In this document: positions 17,255 through 26,842 of the stretch, in pieces
Layout: each line of letters begins with the position of its first letter
Numbering within the stretch: the stretch's first letter is position 1
Assembly (NCBI GenBank): GCA_041658425.1
Contig: JBBAAF010000001.1
Location: 26,793 to 90,792, forward strand
DNA from: Bacteroidales bacterium
GTDB lineage: Bacteria > Bacteroidota > Bacteroidia > Bacteroidales > UBA12481
DNA length: 64,000 bases
Reading direction: 5' to 3'
Made by a program: the position numbers and the translations under genes
Notes under the pieces: generated by a model
What the model was told of the DNA's origin: nothing
Database searches by the model: none
The model's input: the letters and a program-made list of their open reading frames with translations, nothing else

Positions 17255-18406
17255 CTAATAGGAATAAGCGGGTAAAACAGCTCCCTGTCTTTTCAGGGCT
17301 TCCCGGCGTATCTCAGCAAAATACATCGCGAGTGGCCTGTACACCAGATGTGACCATTTGCTGAAGGGCATCCTCAGTAACCATGGAACCACAGCCATCA
17401 GATGAATGATATAAGTGACGTTAGCGAATTCATTAAGACCGGTGCGATGGAATATGTGCTGACTAATACCAGTCAGGACAATGACAAACAAGAGAATCAC
17501 AAACACCCAGTCCGTACTGTGCGATTTCTTATACTGAACATAGTTTTTTCTGATTAGGCGGTTCCGTATAAAATAGATGGTACCTATTGTCAGCCCGATG
17601 GTTGCCAGGTAGCCGAAAATATGAACGGGCCAGATTATCCGGGGTCCGTATTGCAACTTTTCAACAAACCCCATGACCAAAACAAGCATAATGACATAAC
17701 CCAGCATTAAGCCAAGGTGAACGATCCAGGGCATGAAAACTTTAGTGTTGCGTTTTCTTTCGCATTCTGAATATCTCTTCTGAGAAAAGAAATGCCATAC
17801 CATCAGGTAGAGTTTCTTCGGGTACAACCACCAGGGTACTGGGAAGCTGGTTCCTCTCACCATAACAAAAAACCACATACGCACTGCGTTGATCAGCAGA
17901 AAAACCGCCAGACAAGCGCCGACCAGCAAATCAAAACTATGAATAAAGTGACTTGGCAGGAAGGCCCCTTCCCCATCATAGATACTGAAATTCCCTTGTG
18001 AAAGTCCATAAAATAACAGGAAAGCTCCGGTTAATAAGGCGACTCCGATAACCGCAAGTATCTCAGTGGTCAGGGATTTAAAAAAAAGCCGGGCAATACC
18101 GGTGATATCGTAGCGTGAGATTAGCCATCTTCGCAGGCTCATCATGGTCTCACCCGGGTCCGCTTCGCGGGGACACTGCTCTGAACATTGTCCGCAATAA
18201 TAGCACAGCCATGGTTCCAGGGTGGTTTCAATTTTCCGTCCCAATCCCATCTGCAAATAGCGCATTGACTTTCGCGGAAACCGATATACCTCATCGGCAT
18301 GGAAACAAACAGTCGAACAATCACCGCAGTGATAGCAGAACTTCACGTCTTCGGCTCCAAAACGTTCCAGATCGTCAATTAGCTTTGGATTTACTCTGAT
18401 TGCCAT
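17255..18406 (-). CDS. HdrC-like 2x[4Fe-4S] domain fused to a NarI/HdrE/DsrM-like six-helix membrane domain (QmoC-like), module B
   Basis: CYHCGDCSTVC and CYYCGQCSEQCP, then about 6 hydrophobic helices with conserved His, then C-terminal PFSKWSHLVYRP (NarI-type). AAGGAGGT lies 5 nt upstream of the ATG at 18406. Confidence 0.8.
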   Translation of the reverse strand: MAIRVNPKLIDDLERFGAEDVKFCYHCGDCSTVCFHADEVYRFPRKSMRYLQMGLGRKIETTLEPWLCYYCGQCSEQCPREADPGETMMSLRRWLISRYDITGIARLFFKSLTTEILAVIGVALLTGAFLLFYGLSQGNFSIYDGEGAFLPSHFIHSFDLLVGACLAVFLLINAVRMWFFVMVRGTSFPVPWWLYPKKLYLMVWHFFSQKRYSECERKRNTKVFMPWIVHLGLMLGYVIMLVLVMGFVEKLQYGPRIIWPVHIFGYLATIGLTIGTIYFIRNRLIRKNYVQYKKSHSTDWVFVILLFVIVLTGISQHIFHRTGLNEFANVTYIIHLMAVVPWLLRMPFSKWSHLVYRPLAMYFAEIRREALKRQGAVLPAYSY

Positions 18407-18416
18407 AATGACCTCC

Positions 18417-20219
18417 TTATACAGTATGAATAGTTTTGGCCCTTTTCTCAATCTCGCTCAGGGAGACACTGGACAGATGTCCGATTCCTCTCCCACTGGA
18501 TATGCTGCGTAATACGCCCGCCGCTACAGCAGATGCCTGTGCAACAGTATCGGGGATATCTTTCGGTCCCTGGCACATTCCTGCTACATAAATCCCACCT
18601 TTTTCCGTATCAGTGGGGTTGCCGTTATAATCCAATTCCGAGAACCAGCCATCAGAATCCCTGGTGATTCCTAACATTTTGCTGATTTCTTCAGTACCCG
18701 TTGACGGGATAAGCCCGACAGCCAGTATCACCATATCGACTTTAAATTGAACCATCCGGTCATGGATAATATCTTCACCCTTTACTGTCATCTGTTCATT
18801 GACCATTTCAACCGATGCCGAATGGCCCCGGACTACAAATGTTCCTTCATTCCTGATCCGATCGGCAAATTCTTCGTAACCTTTGCCAAATGCACGCATA
18901 TCAATATAAAATTCATAACATCTGACATCAGGGATCTTTTCTTTGATCAGGTGAGCAAATTTCAGTGAATACATGCAGCAAACGCGGGAGCAGTAGGAGT
19001 TGTATTTATTGTTTCTCGAACCCACACAATGTAAAATTGCCACATTGCGGGGAGGTACCCCTTCGGGAACGAACACCCACTCCTCCAGTTGGGTCTTCCT
19101 GTTGAATAATTTCGTTTTTGTCACAATTCTTCCCCCCGTGCAACCGGAAGCATTGGTAAGGCGTTCAAATTCGATTGAGGTTAGAACATTGGGATATTTT
19201 CCATAACCGTATTGTTCAATCTTCTGTACATCAAGCAATTCATAACCTGTGGCTATGATAATATTACCGACTTCCAGATCGAGAAAAGATTCGGCTTCCG
19301 TTAGGTTAATACATTCCTTGGGGCATTTTTTTGCACAGACACCACATTTTATTCCATTCGAAAGAATATAGGTGCACGAAGCCTCATCGATAAGGTAAGC
19401 ATTGGGCACCGCCTGGGGGAATGGAATATAAACGGCTTTCCTTTTAGTAATTTTTGAATCGAACTCGCTATCTACCTTTACCGGGCATACATCAGAACAT
19501 ATACTACAGGCAACACATGAATCAACATCTATGCGGCGAGGACGCTGATGGATCCTGACACGGTAGGAACCGGGATTCCCGCTAACCTCCGTAACATTGG
19601 AATAGGTAAGCAGCCGGATCATATCATGCTGCCCAATCGAAACCATCTTCGGTGTAAGGATACAAGCTGCACAATCAAGGGTTGGAAAAGTTTTATCAAA
19701 CATAGCCATATGGCCACCTATGGTGCCGGTCTGTTCAACCAGGTAAACCTGTTTACCCGCGTTGGCGATCTCCAGTGACGCCTGGATACCTGCAATTCCC
19801 CCTCCAATAACCAGCGTGGAATGGTTAACCGGATTTCCTGTCGGAATCGCAACCAAGGCAAAAGGGACTCCCATGTTGGCACAGGCAACCGTCGCCTTGG
19901 CCCGGTCGAGCGCGATATCACCCGTTGCCCCGTGCTCTTTGAAAGAAGCCAGTCTGACCTCATCTGTATTACACCTGGCCAACGCCATTGCTTTGGTAAA
20001 AACCGGCTTATAATAGCCAGGCATATCTCCTGCGATTACAATCCTCGTGAGGCTGTTTGTCAGAATCAAATCAGCCAGAAGGGACGCTTTCAAATGAGGT
20101 TTCACTCCAAGGTTCTGAACGATCTCGACCCCGGGCAAGTTAGCTGCATACTTTGCGATTGCATCAATATTGAGATTCTTACCATCCTCTACCTGGCAGA
20201 AAAAAACACCGTTTCGCAT
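18417..20219 (-). CDS. hdrA: HdrA-like flavoprotein, type 2 (degenerate N-terminal domain, DCAAC motif, inserted ferredoxin domain, no C-terminal ferredoxin domain), module B
   Basis: GGGIAGIQASLE, FDKTFPTLDCAACILTPKM, CVACSICSDVCP...CGVCAKKCP, HCVGSRNNKYNSYCSRVCC. AGGAGG lies 7 nt upstream of the ATG. Confidence 0.85.
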   Translation of the reverse strand: MRNGVFFCQVEDGKNLNIDAIAKYAANLPGVEIVQNLGVKPHLKASLLADLILTNSLTRIVIAGDMPGYYKPVFTKAMALARCNTDEVRLASFKEHGATGDIALDRAKATVACANMGVPFALVAIPTGNPVNHSTLVIGGGIAGIQASLEIANAGKQVYLVEQTGTIGGHMAMFDKTFPTLDCAACILTPKMVSIGQHDMIRLLTYSNVTEVSGNPGSYRVRIHQRPRRIDVDSCVACSICSDVCPVKVDSEFDSKITKRKAVYIPFPQAVPNAYLIDEASCTYILSNGIKCGVCAKKCPKECINLTEAESFLDLEVGNIIIATGYELLDVQKIEQYGYGKYPNVLTSIEFERLTNASGCTGGRIVTKTKLFNRKTQLEEWVFVPEGVPPRNVAILHCVGSRNNKYNSYCSRVCCMYSLKFAHLIKEKIPDVRCYEFYIDMRAFGKGYEEFADRIRNEGTFVVRGHSASVEMVNEQMTVKGEDIIHDRMVQFKVDMVILAVGLIPSTGTEEISKMLGITRDSDGWFSELDYNGNPTDTEKGGIYVAGMCQGPKDIPDTVAQASAVAAGVLRSISSGRGIGHLSSVSLSEIEKRAKTIHTV

Positions 20220-20252
20220 TTTATCTCCTCCTGATTAAGGCATTTCCAATAG

Positions 20253-21716
20253 TTAGTTCCTAGTGATACGCTGCAATAATTCCCCATTTACGTCCCGGAT
20301 TTCCAGGATCATGGGCATCTCCCCGGGCAGACTGTGCGTTGCGCACGAAAAGCAGGGATCATACGCTCTGAACGCCATCTCCACCATATTTAATATCCCG
20401 TCGGTTACCGTTATCCCTTTTTTAATCAACCCCTGGGCCGCTTTTTTAATCGACATGGTAATCGCAGCATGATTATTGGTCGTTCCGACAATTATATTGG
20501 CTTTGGTCACAATACCCTTTGCATCCGTCCAGTAATGGTGCGTGAGTGTGCCTCTCTGTGCTTCCACGATCCCAACGCCTTCTCCAACAATTTTATCCAG
20601 CGGGGTCCGAAGTTCTTTCCCTGTGATATCAGCATCCAGAGCCAGTTCAAGACAATGCTCAGCCGCATAAAGCAATTCGATAAGTCTGGCCCAATGCATG
20701 GCAAGGGTTGCATGCACGGGTTTTCCGCCCAGAATCGTGTACATGCGTTCGTACTCTTGTTGAGCAAGCGGTGTGGCCATCCCATCTGATGCGTTTAATC
20801 TTGATAATGGCGTAGCATGGTAAACACCCGAATCTTGTCCTTCGACAAATCCTTTCCATCCGATCTTTTTCAGATACGGGAATTTCAGGTAACTCCATGG
20901 TTCAACCCGTTCCGCCACAAAATCACGATATTCAGCCGGTGAATACTTGCAGAGTTCCTTTCCCTCTGTGTCCACTACCCTTACCTTGCCATCATAAAAA
21001 TTGACTTTGTTATTCGCATCAACGAGCCCCATTGAATGAAGACAAAGGGAATAGGGCCCGTTCAGAATAATATCAACATACTGTTTATTGCTGAGGACGA
21101 CATCCTCGAAAATCTTGAGTGAAAATTGTGCAAATTTTATGAAACCGTTAGATTTCCCGATAATATCATCTCGTTCCAGTTCCGATAGTCCTCTTCTCAC
21201 ACCCCCTGGGATGTTCATCACCACGAAGGTCTGGTGTCCTCCTAATAAAGCCTGGATTTCCTGGGCGAGCCGGCGTTGTTTGATCACTTCCGTTCCGATT
21301 TCAACACCTACCTTATTAATGACACCCAAAATATTTCTTTCTGCCTTCGGAGCCTGAGGTCCGACCACAAAATCCGGTGCTGCGAGTGCATAAAAGTGAG
21401 CAATATGGCTATGAACAAAGTGAGCCATATAAAACAATTCCCTGAGTTTTTTCGCGGTCGGGGGAGGTTGCACACCAAAGACAGCATCGACCGCCTTTCC
21501 GGATGCCATATGATGGCAGCCCGGACACACACCACAAATCTTAGCCACTATGGCCGGTAATTCTTCCACGGGTCTGCCTTCGCAGAATTTTTCAAATCCC
21601 CGAAGTTCCGGGACCTGGAAATACACATTTTTTACATCTCCTTCATCGTCAAGAAAGATTTCAATTTTCCCGTGGCCCTCAAGCCTGGTAATTGGATCGA
21701 TGGTAATTCTTTTCAT
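20253..21716 (-). CDS. mvhA: [NiFe] hydrogenase large subunit, group 3c (MvhA-like), module B
   Basis: N-terminal RLEGHG and KICGVCPGCH. C-terminal DPCFSCATH followed by a ~26 aa cleavable extension. AGGAGG lies upstream of the ATG, and the ATG overlaps the upstream stop as TAATG. Confidence 0.9.
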   Translation of the reverse strand: MKRITIDPITRLEGHGKIEIFLDDEGDVKNVYFQVPELRGFEKFCEGRPVEELPAIVAKICGVCPGCHHMASGKAVDAVFGVQPPPTAKKLRELFYMAHFVHSHIAHFYALAAPDFVVGPQAPKAERNILGVINKVGVEIGTEVIKQRRLAQEIQALLGGHQTFVVMNIPGGVRRGLSELERDDIIGKSNGFIKFAQFSLKIFEDVVLSNKQYVDIILNGPYSLCLHSMGLVDANNKVNFYDGKVRVVDTEGKELCKYSPAEYRDFVAERVEPWSYLKFPYLKKIGWKGFVEGQDSGVYHATPLSRLNASDGMATPLAQQEYERMYTILGGKPVHATLAMHWARLIELLYAAEHCLELALDADITGKELRTPLDKIVGEGVGIVEAQRGTLTHHYWTDAKGIVTKANIIVGTTNNHAAITMSIKKAAQGLIKKGITVTDGILNMVEMAFRAYDPCFSCATHSLPGEMPMILEIRDVNGELLQRITRN

Positions 21717-22690
21717 TATAATCTCCTCCTTATCATTGCGGTAGGAAGACTGAAACGATAAAACGTTCCGGCGGGATCAACAATATCTTCGATTATTGCT
21801 TCAATTTCTGCCGGTTCTTTTGCGTCAATAATGCTCGCTATGGCCGACATGATCTTTGCCCCGGGATCTGCCACATCTGCAGTGGGACCATAACATCCGC
21901 GGCAGGGAGCATTCCCTTTGATGCAACGGTAGCCGCATCCTGACCGGGTGGCAGGTCCCATACAAATTACTTCCTGTTCCATGAAACAGGTAACCCCATC
22001 ATCGTATATTTCCCACGGACGTTTAAATTTCTTAATCAGTTTGTTCTCGGTTTTCGTCCGGATACACTCTTCGCACTGTGCTTTTACCCCTGCTCCGACC
22101 ACGGAGCCTTTGGGTGGCAGTTGTGCACCTGTAACAATAGCCATAAATACTTCGACCAATCGTTCCGTTTGAGGAGGGCATCCCGGAAGATAATAATCTA
22201 CATCCACTACCTTATCAAGAGGACGGACATCGTTATAAAACACAGGGATTTTAAGCGTCCCTTCCGGGACTTCATATTCAGCCTGAGGTTTAATTTTTTC
22301 AGGGTTCACGGTTGATTCACTTTCTTCATATACTCTCCGGAAAATTTCTTCCTTAGTATAAAAATTTGCCATGCCAGGGATTCCGCCGAGGTGGGAACAG
22401 CTACCATAGGCGACGAGGATTTTTGATTTTTTCCTGAGCAGTTTTGCAATATGTTCATTTTCGCTGTTCCTTACAGCTCCGTTGAAAAGAGTGAGATCAA
22501 TATACCCATCATGCATTTCCTCTACATCCTGATACTTGGTATCCAACGCAATAGGCCAGAAAACAAGATCAGCCGCCGCAACTACATCAAAGAGCTTTTC
22601 ATGCACATCCAGTACCGATACACAACACCCTCCACAAGCGGCTCCCCAATAGACGGCCAGTTTGAGTTTAGGTTTCTGTTCGTTCATCAT
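21716..22690 (-). CDS. mvhG: [NiFe] hydrogenase small subunit (MvhG-like), module B
   Basis: WGAACGGCCVSVLD, GSCSHLGGIPG, YLPGCPP, and C-terminal Cys clusters CMGPATRSGCG...APCRGC. Confidence 0.9.
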   Translation of the reverse strand: MMNEQKPKLKLAVYWGAACGGCCVSVLDVHEKLFDVVAAADLVFWPIALDTKYQDVEEMHDGYIDLTLFNGAVRNSENEHIAKLLRKKSKILVAYGSCSHLGGIPGMANFYTKEEIFRRVYEESESTVNPEKIKPQAEYEVPEGTLKIPVFYNDVRPLDKVVDVDYYLPGCPPQTERLVEVFMAIVTGAQLPPKGSVVGAGVKAQCEECIRTKTENKLIKKFKRPWEIYDDGVTCFMEQEVICMGPATRSGCGYRCIKGNAPCRGCYGPTADVADPGAKIMSAIASIIDAKEPAEIEAIIEDIVDPAGTFYRFSLPTAMIRRRL

Positions 22691-22704
22691 TCAGGCGGTT
22701 AAGA

Positions 22705-23130
22705 TTAGGTTAGTTCTTCCATCACTTGTTTTAACCTGCAAGGTCCCAGTTCGGTAATCGTTTCCGTGAAACTATTTACCAGCTCAGCAAATTGCTTTCC
22801 TTCACTGGCACTGATCCATTCCAGTTTGAGCCGCTCCTGTTCGATCCCCATCTGCTGAATATACTTTTGAAGAAGATGATACCTTCGTAAGCAGCGGTAA
22901 TTACCTTCCTGATAATGACAATCGCCAGGATGGCATCCGCAGACCAGCACGCCATCGGCGCCACGGATAAAAGCCCTGAGAACGAATGTTGGTTCAATGC
23001 GGCCTGAGCACATCACCCGGATAGCACGCACGTTGGGCTGGTATTTCATTCGCTGTGTACCGGCAAGATCTGCTCCCGTATATGAACACCAGTTACACAG
23101 AAAGGCTATAATTTGTGGTCTGAATTCCAT
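22705..23130 (-). CDS. mvhD: Methyl-viologen-reducing hydrogenase delta subunit (MvhD/FlpD-like [2Fe-2S] protein), module B
   Basis: [25 protein letters not shown] and [11 protein letters not shown] motifs. Confidence 0.9.
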   Translation of the reverse strand: MEFRPQIIAFLCNWCSYTGADLAGTQRMKYQPNVRAIRVMCSGRIEPTFVLRAFIRGADGVLVCGCHPGDCHYQEGNYRCLRRYHLLQKYIQQMGIEQERLKLEWISASEGKQFAELVNSFTETITELGPCRLKQVMEELT

Positions 23131-23510
23131 CTTTACTTATCTCCCAAATGATCGGTTTGAGTTACGATTTCTTATTCTGCACCAAGAAATTATTCATGCT
23201 GAGGAAGCTAGCACGATTTTAAGAACGAGCTTGTGATTATACCCGGAATGAAAGTAAAACTCCTGACAGTCTATCTGCAGGATGAGGACAATCAAAATGC
23301 CAGCAGGATTCTCCCGCTGGTGTATTATAAGCTATCCAAAATTCTGACCCCAAATCCATTCATCGCGAAGATCAGGGGCATTGCCAGTAGGAATCCTGTA
23401 ACTGGCGGACTGAAAAGGATATATCCCTTTCTTATGTAGAAGGCTAAAACCAGTAAGTGGGTAAGGTACAGTAACTTATTCACACGGATAGGGTTTATGC
23501 GTGATTTTTT

Positions 23511-23852
23511 TCACAAGGTATAAAAAGAACCTATATCTATATTGACCAAAAGATTATTTTTGAAATCAATTGACGAAGATGTGTTTGAGCAGTCATCAAG
23601 ATACTCTTGCCGATTGATGATTTTGGCGGTATCCTGAATCGGGCTAAGGGCGATCAGTCCAGTATTTTTCCCATGTCGGACTTTCAGTAGTATTCCGTTG
23701 TGTCCGTCGAATGAAAACCGGGAGCTGATGAGATTGTGACCCTCGGGGTAAAAACACTCCTTAATAATGATTGCCTTTTTCTGCGGTTTAATGACTCTTT
23801 CCGGAGTTGGAATATATAATGTTCCCTTTGCTGTAAATGCTCTCATATTCAT
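23511..23852 (-). CDS. Hypothetical protein of about 113 aa with no recognisable motif
   Basis: The ORF follows the maturation protease directly. The ATG at 23852 lies 4 nt after the protease stop (the track start is a TTG). It has no Cys, TM or signal features, and its composition is AT-rich. Confidence 0.4.
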   Translation of the reverse strand: MNMRAFTAKGTLYIPTPERVIKPQKKAIIIKECFYPEGHNLISSRFSFDGHNGILLKVRHGKNTGLIALSPIQDTAKIINRQEYLDDCSNTSSSIDFKNNLLVNIDIGSFYTL

Positions 23853-23856
23853 TGTT

Positions 23857-24333
23857 TTAAGCCAAATTATCAAAAACCTGTTCTGTGATTAAGTACTCCT
23901 TTATTTCCTTGAGCATTTCTGGATAGCGGCTCTTTAAGGGTGGTGTCAGTTCATTCGAAAACACCTGGTCTTCGATTATCTCAACTGCGATAATCCGGAT
24001 TTCCTCCGGTAATTTGATATTTAGTTTTTTACCCAGCCTTAGAGCTGTCAGAAAACTAATATCATGGAGATTTGATAAATGCATGGTTTCACGGAAATCA
24101 TCGGGACTGAACAGGTAAACTGAACCCGGGATACCATTTTTTGTCCGGATAGCATCGATCAGGATGGCCTCATCGTATCCGTTGAGGAGTTCAACAATCT
24201 CCAATCCACCCACGCAGGCGCACGCGAAATGAACATTCTGGTTCAGGCAATATTTACTGAGGTCATTGACTAATCTCGGACCTATACCGTCATCAGTCAA
24301 TATTTCATTTCCGATTCCAAGGACCAGCTTCAT
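23857..24333 (-). CDS. Hydrogenase maturation endopeptidase (HyaD/HybD/FrhD family)
   Basis: MKLVLGIGNEILTDDGIGPRL, the DAI motif, and a length of 158 aa. Confidence 0.9.
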   Translation of the reverse strand: MKLVLGIGNEILTDDGIGPRLVNDLSKYCLNQNVHFACACVGGLEIVELLNGYDEAILIDAIRTKNGIPGSVYLFSPDDFRETMHLSNLHDISFLTALRLGKKLNIKLPEEIRIIAVEIIEDQVFSNELTPPLKSRYPEMLKEIKEYLITEQVFDNLA

Positions 24334-24359
24334 TTTTTAATCATGGTTGGGTAATATAA

Positions 24360-25823
24360 TTAATCCCGCTGAATCGAACGAATTATTTTTCCATCAGAAT
24401 CTTTAAAATTAACCAAGAGAGGCATTTGTCCCGGCAAACTGTGTGTTGCACATGAAAAACAGGGATCATAAGCGCGGAAAGCCATCTCGATCTGGTTAAG
24501 AATGCCCTGATCGGGTTCAATACCGGCTTTAATGACATGTTGTGCAGCCTTTTTAAGTGACATGCAAATAGCAGCGTTATTGTTTGTAGTACCTACAATA
24601 ATATTAACTTTAGTTACCACACCTCTCGAATCGGTCCAATAATGGTGGGTTAGCGTACCCCGTTGAGCTTCCACACATCCGACTCCCTCACCGACAATTT
24701 CTTTCAGGTCGGCTCGAAGCTCTTTACCCGTGATTTCCGGATCCTTGATCAGCTCGTTAAATCGTTCAGCAGCATACAATAGCTCAACCAAGCGAGCCCA
24801 ATGCATTGCCAGGGTTGCATTGACAGGTTTCCCGCCGAAGGTACTGAACAATTCCTGGTATGCCTCATTGGCCAATGGGGTGGCCATTCCGTCGGCGGCA
24901 TTAAGCCTCGACAAAGGCGTTGCATGGTAAACGCCTGAATCTTGTCCTTCCACAAACCCCTTCCAGCCGATTTTCCTCAGGTAGGGAAACTTCAGGTATG
25001 ACCAGGGCTCAACACGTTCGGCGATATATTCAAGATAATCGGTAGGATGATATTTAAATTTCTCTTTCCCTTCAGTATCGACCACTCTCACCATTCCATC
25101 GTAGAAATTGACCTTATTGTTTGAATCAACCAGGCCCATGGAGTGAATCTTCAGATTATAAGGACCTTCGAGGATCATGTTAACATAATCATTATTTGCC
25201 AGAACCACATCCCTGAAGAGCTGAAGGCTGAATTTGGCAAATTTCTGAAATCCTTTCCCGGTCGGTATCAATTGATCCCTTTGCTCCTCGGTCAGTCCTT
25301 TCCTGACACCACCCGGGATATTAAGTACCACATGGGTCTGATGCCCCCCAAGCATTGCCTGAATCTCCTGTGCGAGCCTGCGTTGGTGTATAACCTCAGT
25401 CCCGACTTCTATGCCGACTTTAGCAATCACACCGAGGATATTCCTCTCGGAGGGATCGGCATTGGGACCAACCAGAAAATCCGGGGCAGCAAGAGCATAA
25501 AAATGGGCGATATGACTGTGAATAAAATGTGCCATATAGAATAATTCCCTGATTTTCTTCGCCGTAGGGGGTGGTTCCAGGCCAAATACGGCATCTATCG
25601 CTTTGCCGGCCGCCATGTGATGGCATCCCGGACAAACTCCACAAATCTTGGTCACGATCCGCGACATTTCCTCCACAGGCCGTCCTTCGCAGAATTTTTC
25701 GAACCCTCTGAGTTCCGGGACCTGAAAATACACGTTCTCAACATCTCCCTGATCTGTAAGGAAGATTTCAATTTTTCCATGGCCTTCAAGACGGGTTATC
25801 GGATCAATGGTAATCTTTTTCAT
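24360..25823 (-). CDS. mvhA: [NiFe] hydrogenase large subunit, group 3c (MvhA-like), module A
   Basis: It has the same motifs as 20253-21716. By eye it is about 80% identical to that paralog (87 of the first 100 residues). Confidence 0.9.
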   Translation of the reverse strand: MKKITIDPITRLEGHGKIEIFLTDQGDVENVYFQVPELRGFEKFCEGRPVEEMSRIVTKICGVCPGCHHMAAGKAIDAVFGLEPPPTAKKIRELFYMAHFIHSHIAHFYALAAPDFLVGPNADPSERNILGVIAKVGIEVGTEVIHQRRLAQEIQAMLGGHQTHVVLNIPGGVRKGLTEEQRDQLIPTGKGFQKFAKFSLQLFRDVVLANNDYVNMILEGPYNLKIHSMGLVDSNNKVNFYDGMVRVVDTEGKEKFKYHPTDYLEYIAERVEPWSYLKFPYLRKIGWKGFVEGQDSGVYHATPLSRLNAADGMATPLANEAYQELFSTFGGKPVNATLAMHWARLVELLYAAERFNELIKDPEITGKELRADLKEIVGEGVGCVEAQRGTLTHHYWTDSRGVVTKVNIIVGTTNNNAAICMSLKKAAQHVIKAGIEPDQGILNQIEMAFRAYDPCFSCATHSLPGQMPLLVNFKDSDGKIIRSIQRD

Positions 25824-25834
25824 GTCCTGTGGTT

Positions 25835-26842
25835 TTAATTAACGGGCTTGGGGACAGACATTTTTTTTCGAAGAATGGCTTTGGGCAGGCTAAACCTGTA
25901 AAAGGTACCAACAGGATCGACGATCGCATCCACAATTTCCTCTATCTCTATTTCCAGGTTGCTGTCTATTATGGTCCCGATTGCTGACATCATTTTAGCC
26001 CCCGGATCAGGCGCATCGGCAGGTGGACCGTAGCAGCCCTGGCAAGGGGCATTCCCTTCGATGCAACGATAGCCGCATCCTCCTCTGGTGGCAGGGCCCA
26101 TACAGATCACACCTTGTTCAAGAAAACAGGTTTCGCCGTCATCATGAATTTCCCATGGACGGTAAAACTTCCTGATGACCTTGTTATCCGTTTTCTTTCT
26201 CTTGCACTCATCGCATAAAGTTTTTTCCCATGCTCCGACAACCGAACCATTTGGGGGTAATTCGGCCATGTTGACTATTGCCATGAAAACCTCAACGAAT
26301 CGTTCTGTTTGAGGAGGACATCCAGGAAGATAGTAATCCACATCCACGACCTGGTTCAGGGCTCTCACATCATTGAAGAATTCCGGCAATTCCAGTTCAC
26401 CCTCAGTTACATTGAAATGAGTCTTTGGAATGATCCCGTCAGGATTTAAGGTGGACTCGGTCTCCAGATAGATACGGTTAAAAAGTTCATTCTTGTTTGT
26501 CAGATTGGCCAGACCGGGAATTCCACCCATATGTGCACAGGATCCATATGCCACTAAAATCTTGGATTTTTGCCTTAGGAGCCTGGCCATATGTTCGTTT
26601 TCGCTGTTTCGTACCGCGCCGTTAAAAAGGGTCAGATCGATAAAACCATCTGGCATAGCTTCCACATCCTTATACTTGATATCGAGAGCTATAGGCCAGA
26701 AAACCAAATCAGCAGCGGCCACCACCTCGAATAGTTTCTCATGCACGTCAAGCACAGAAACACAGCATCCACCGCAAGCAGCCCCCCAATAGATAGCCAT
26801 TTTTAGTTTCGATTTACCTTCATTTGCCATGTTCGGTTCCAT
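25835..26842 (-). CDS. mvhG: [NiFe] hydrogenase small subunit (MvhG-like), module A
   Basis: WGAACGGCCVSVLD, GSCAHMGGIPG and YLPGCPP. The start overlaps the mvhD stop as TAATG. Confidence 0.9.
   Translation of the reverse strand: MEPNMANEGKSKLKMAIYWGAACGGCCVSVLDVHEKLFEVVAAADLVFWPIALDIKYKDVEAMPDGFIDLTLFNGAVRNSENEHMARLLRQKSKILVAYGSCAHMGGIPGLANLTNKNELFNRIYLETESTLNPDGIIPKTHFNVTEGELELPEFFNDVRALNQVVDVDYYLPGCPPQTERFVEVFMAIVNMAELPPNGSVVGAWEKTLCDECKRKKTDNKVIRKFYRPWEIHDDGETCFLEQGVICMGPATRGGCGYRCIEGNAPCQGCYGPPADAPDPGAKMMSAIGTIIDSNLEIEIEEIVDAIVDPVGTFYRFSLPKAILRKKMSVPKPVN

Noticed and set aside
23233-23439. A 68-aa plus-strand ORF in the gap between the hydrogenase modules
   Set aside because: It has a GTG start, no SD or promoter box, and no recognisable motif. 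It is antisense to the expected promoter region of module B. The evidence is not enough to call a gene.
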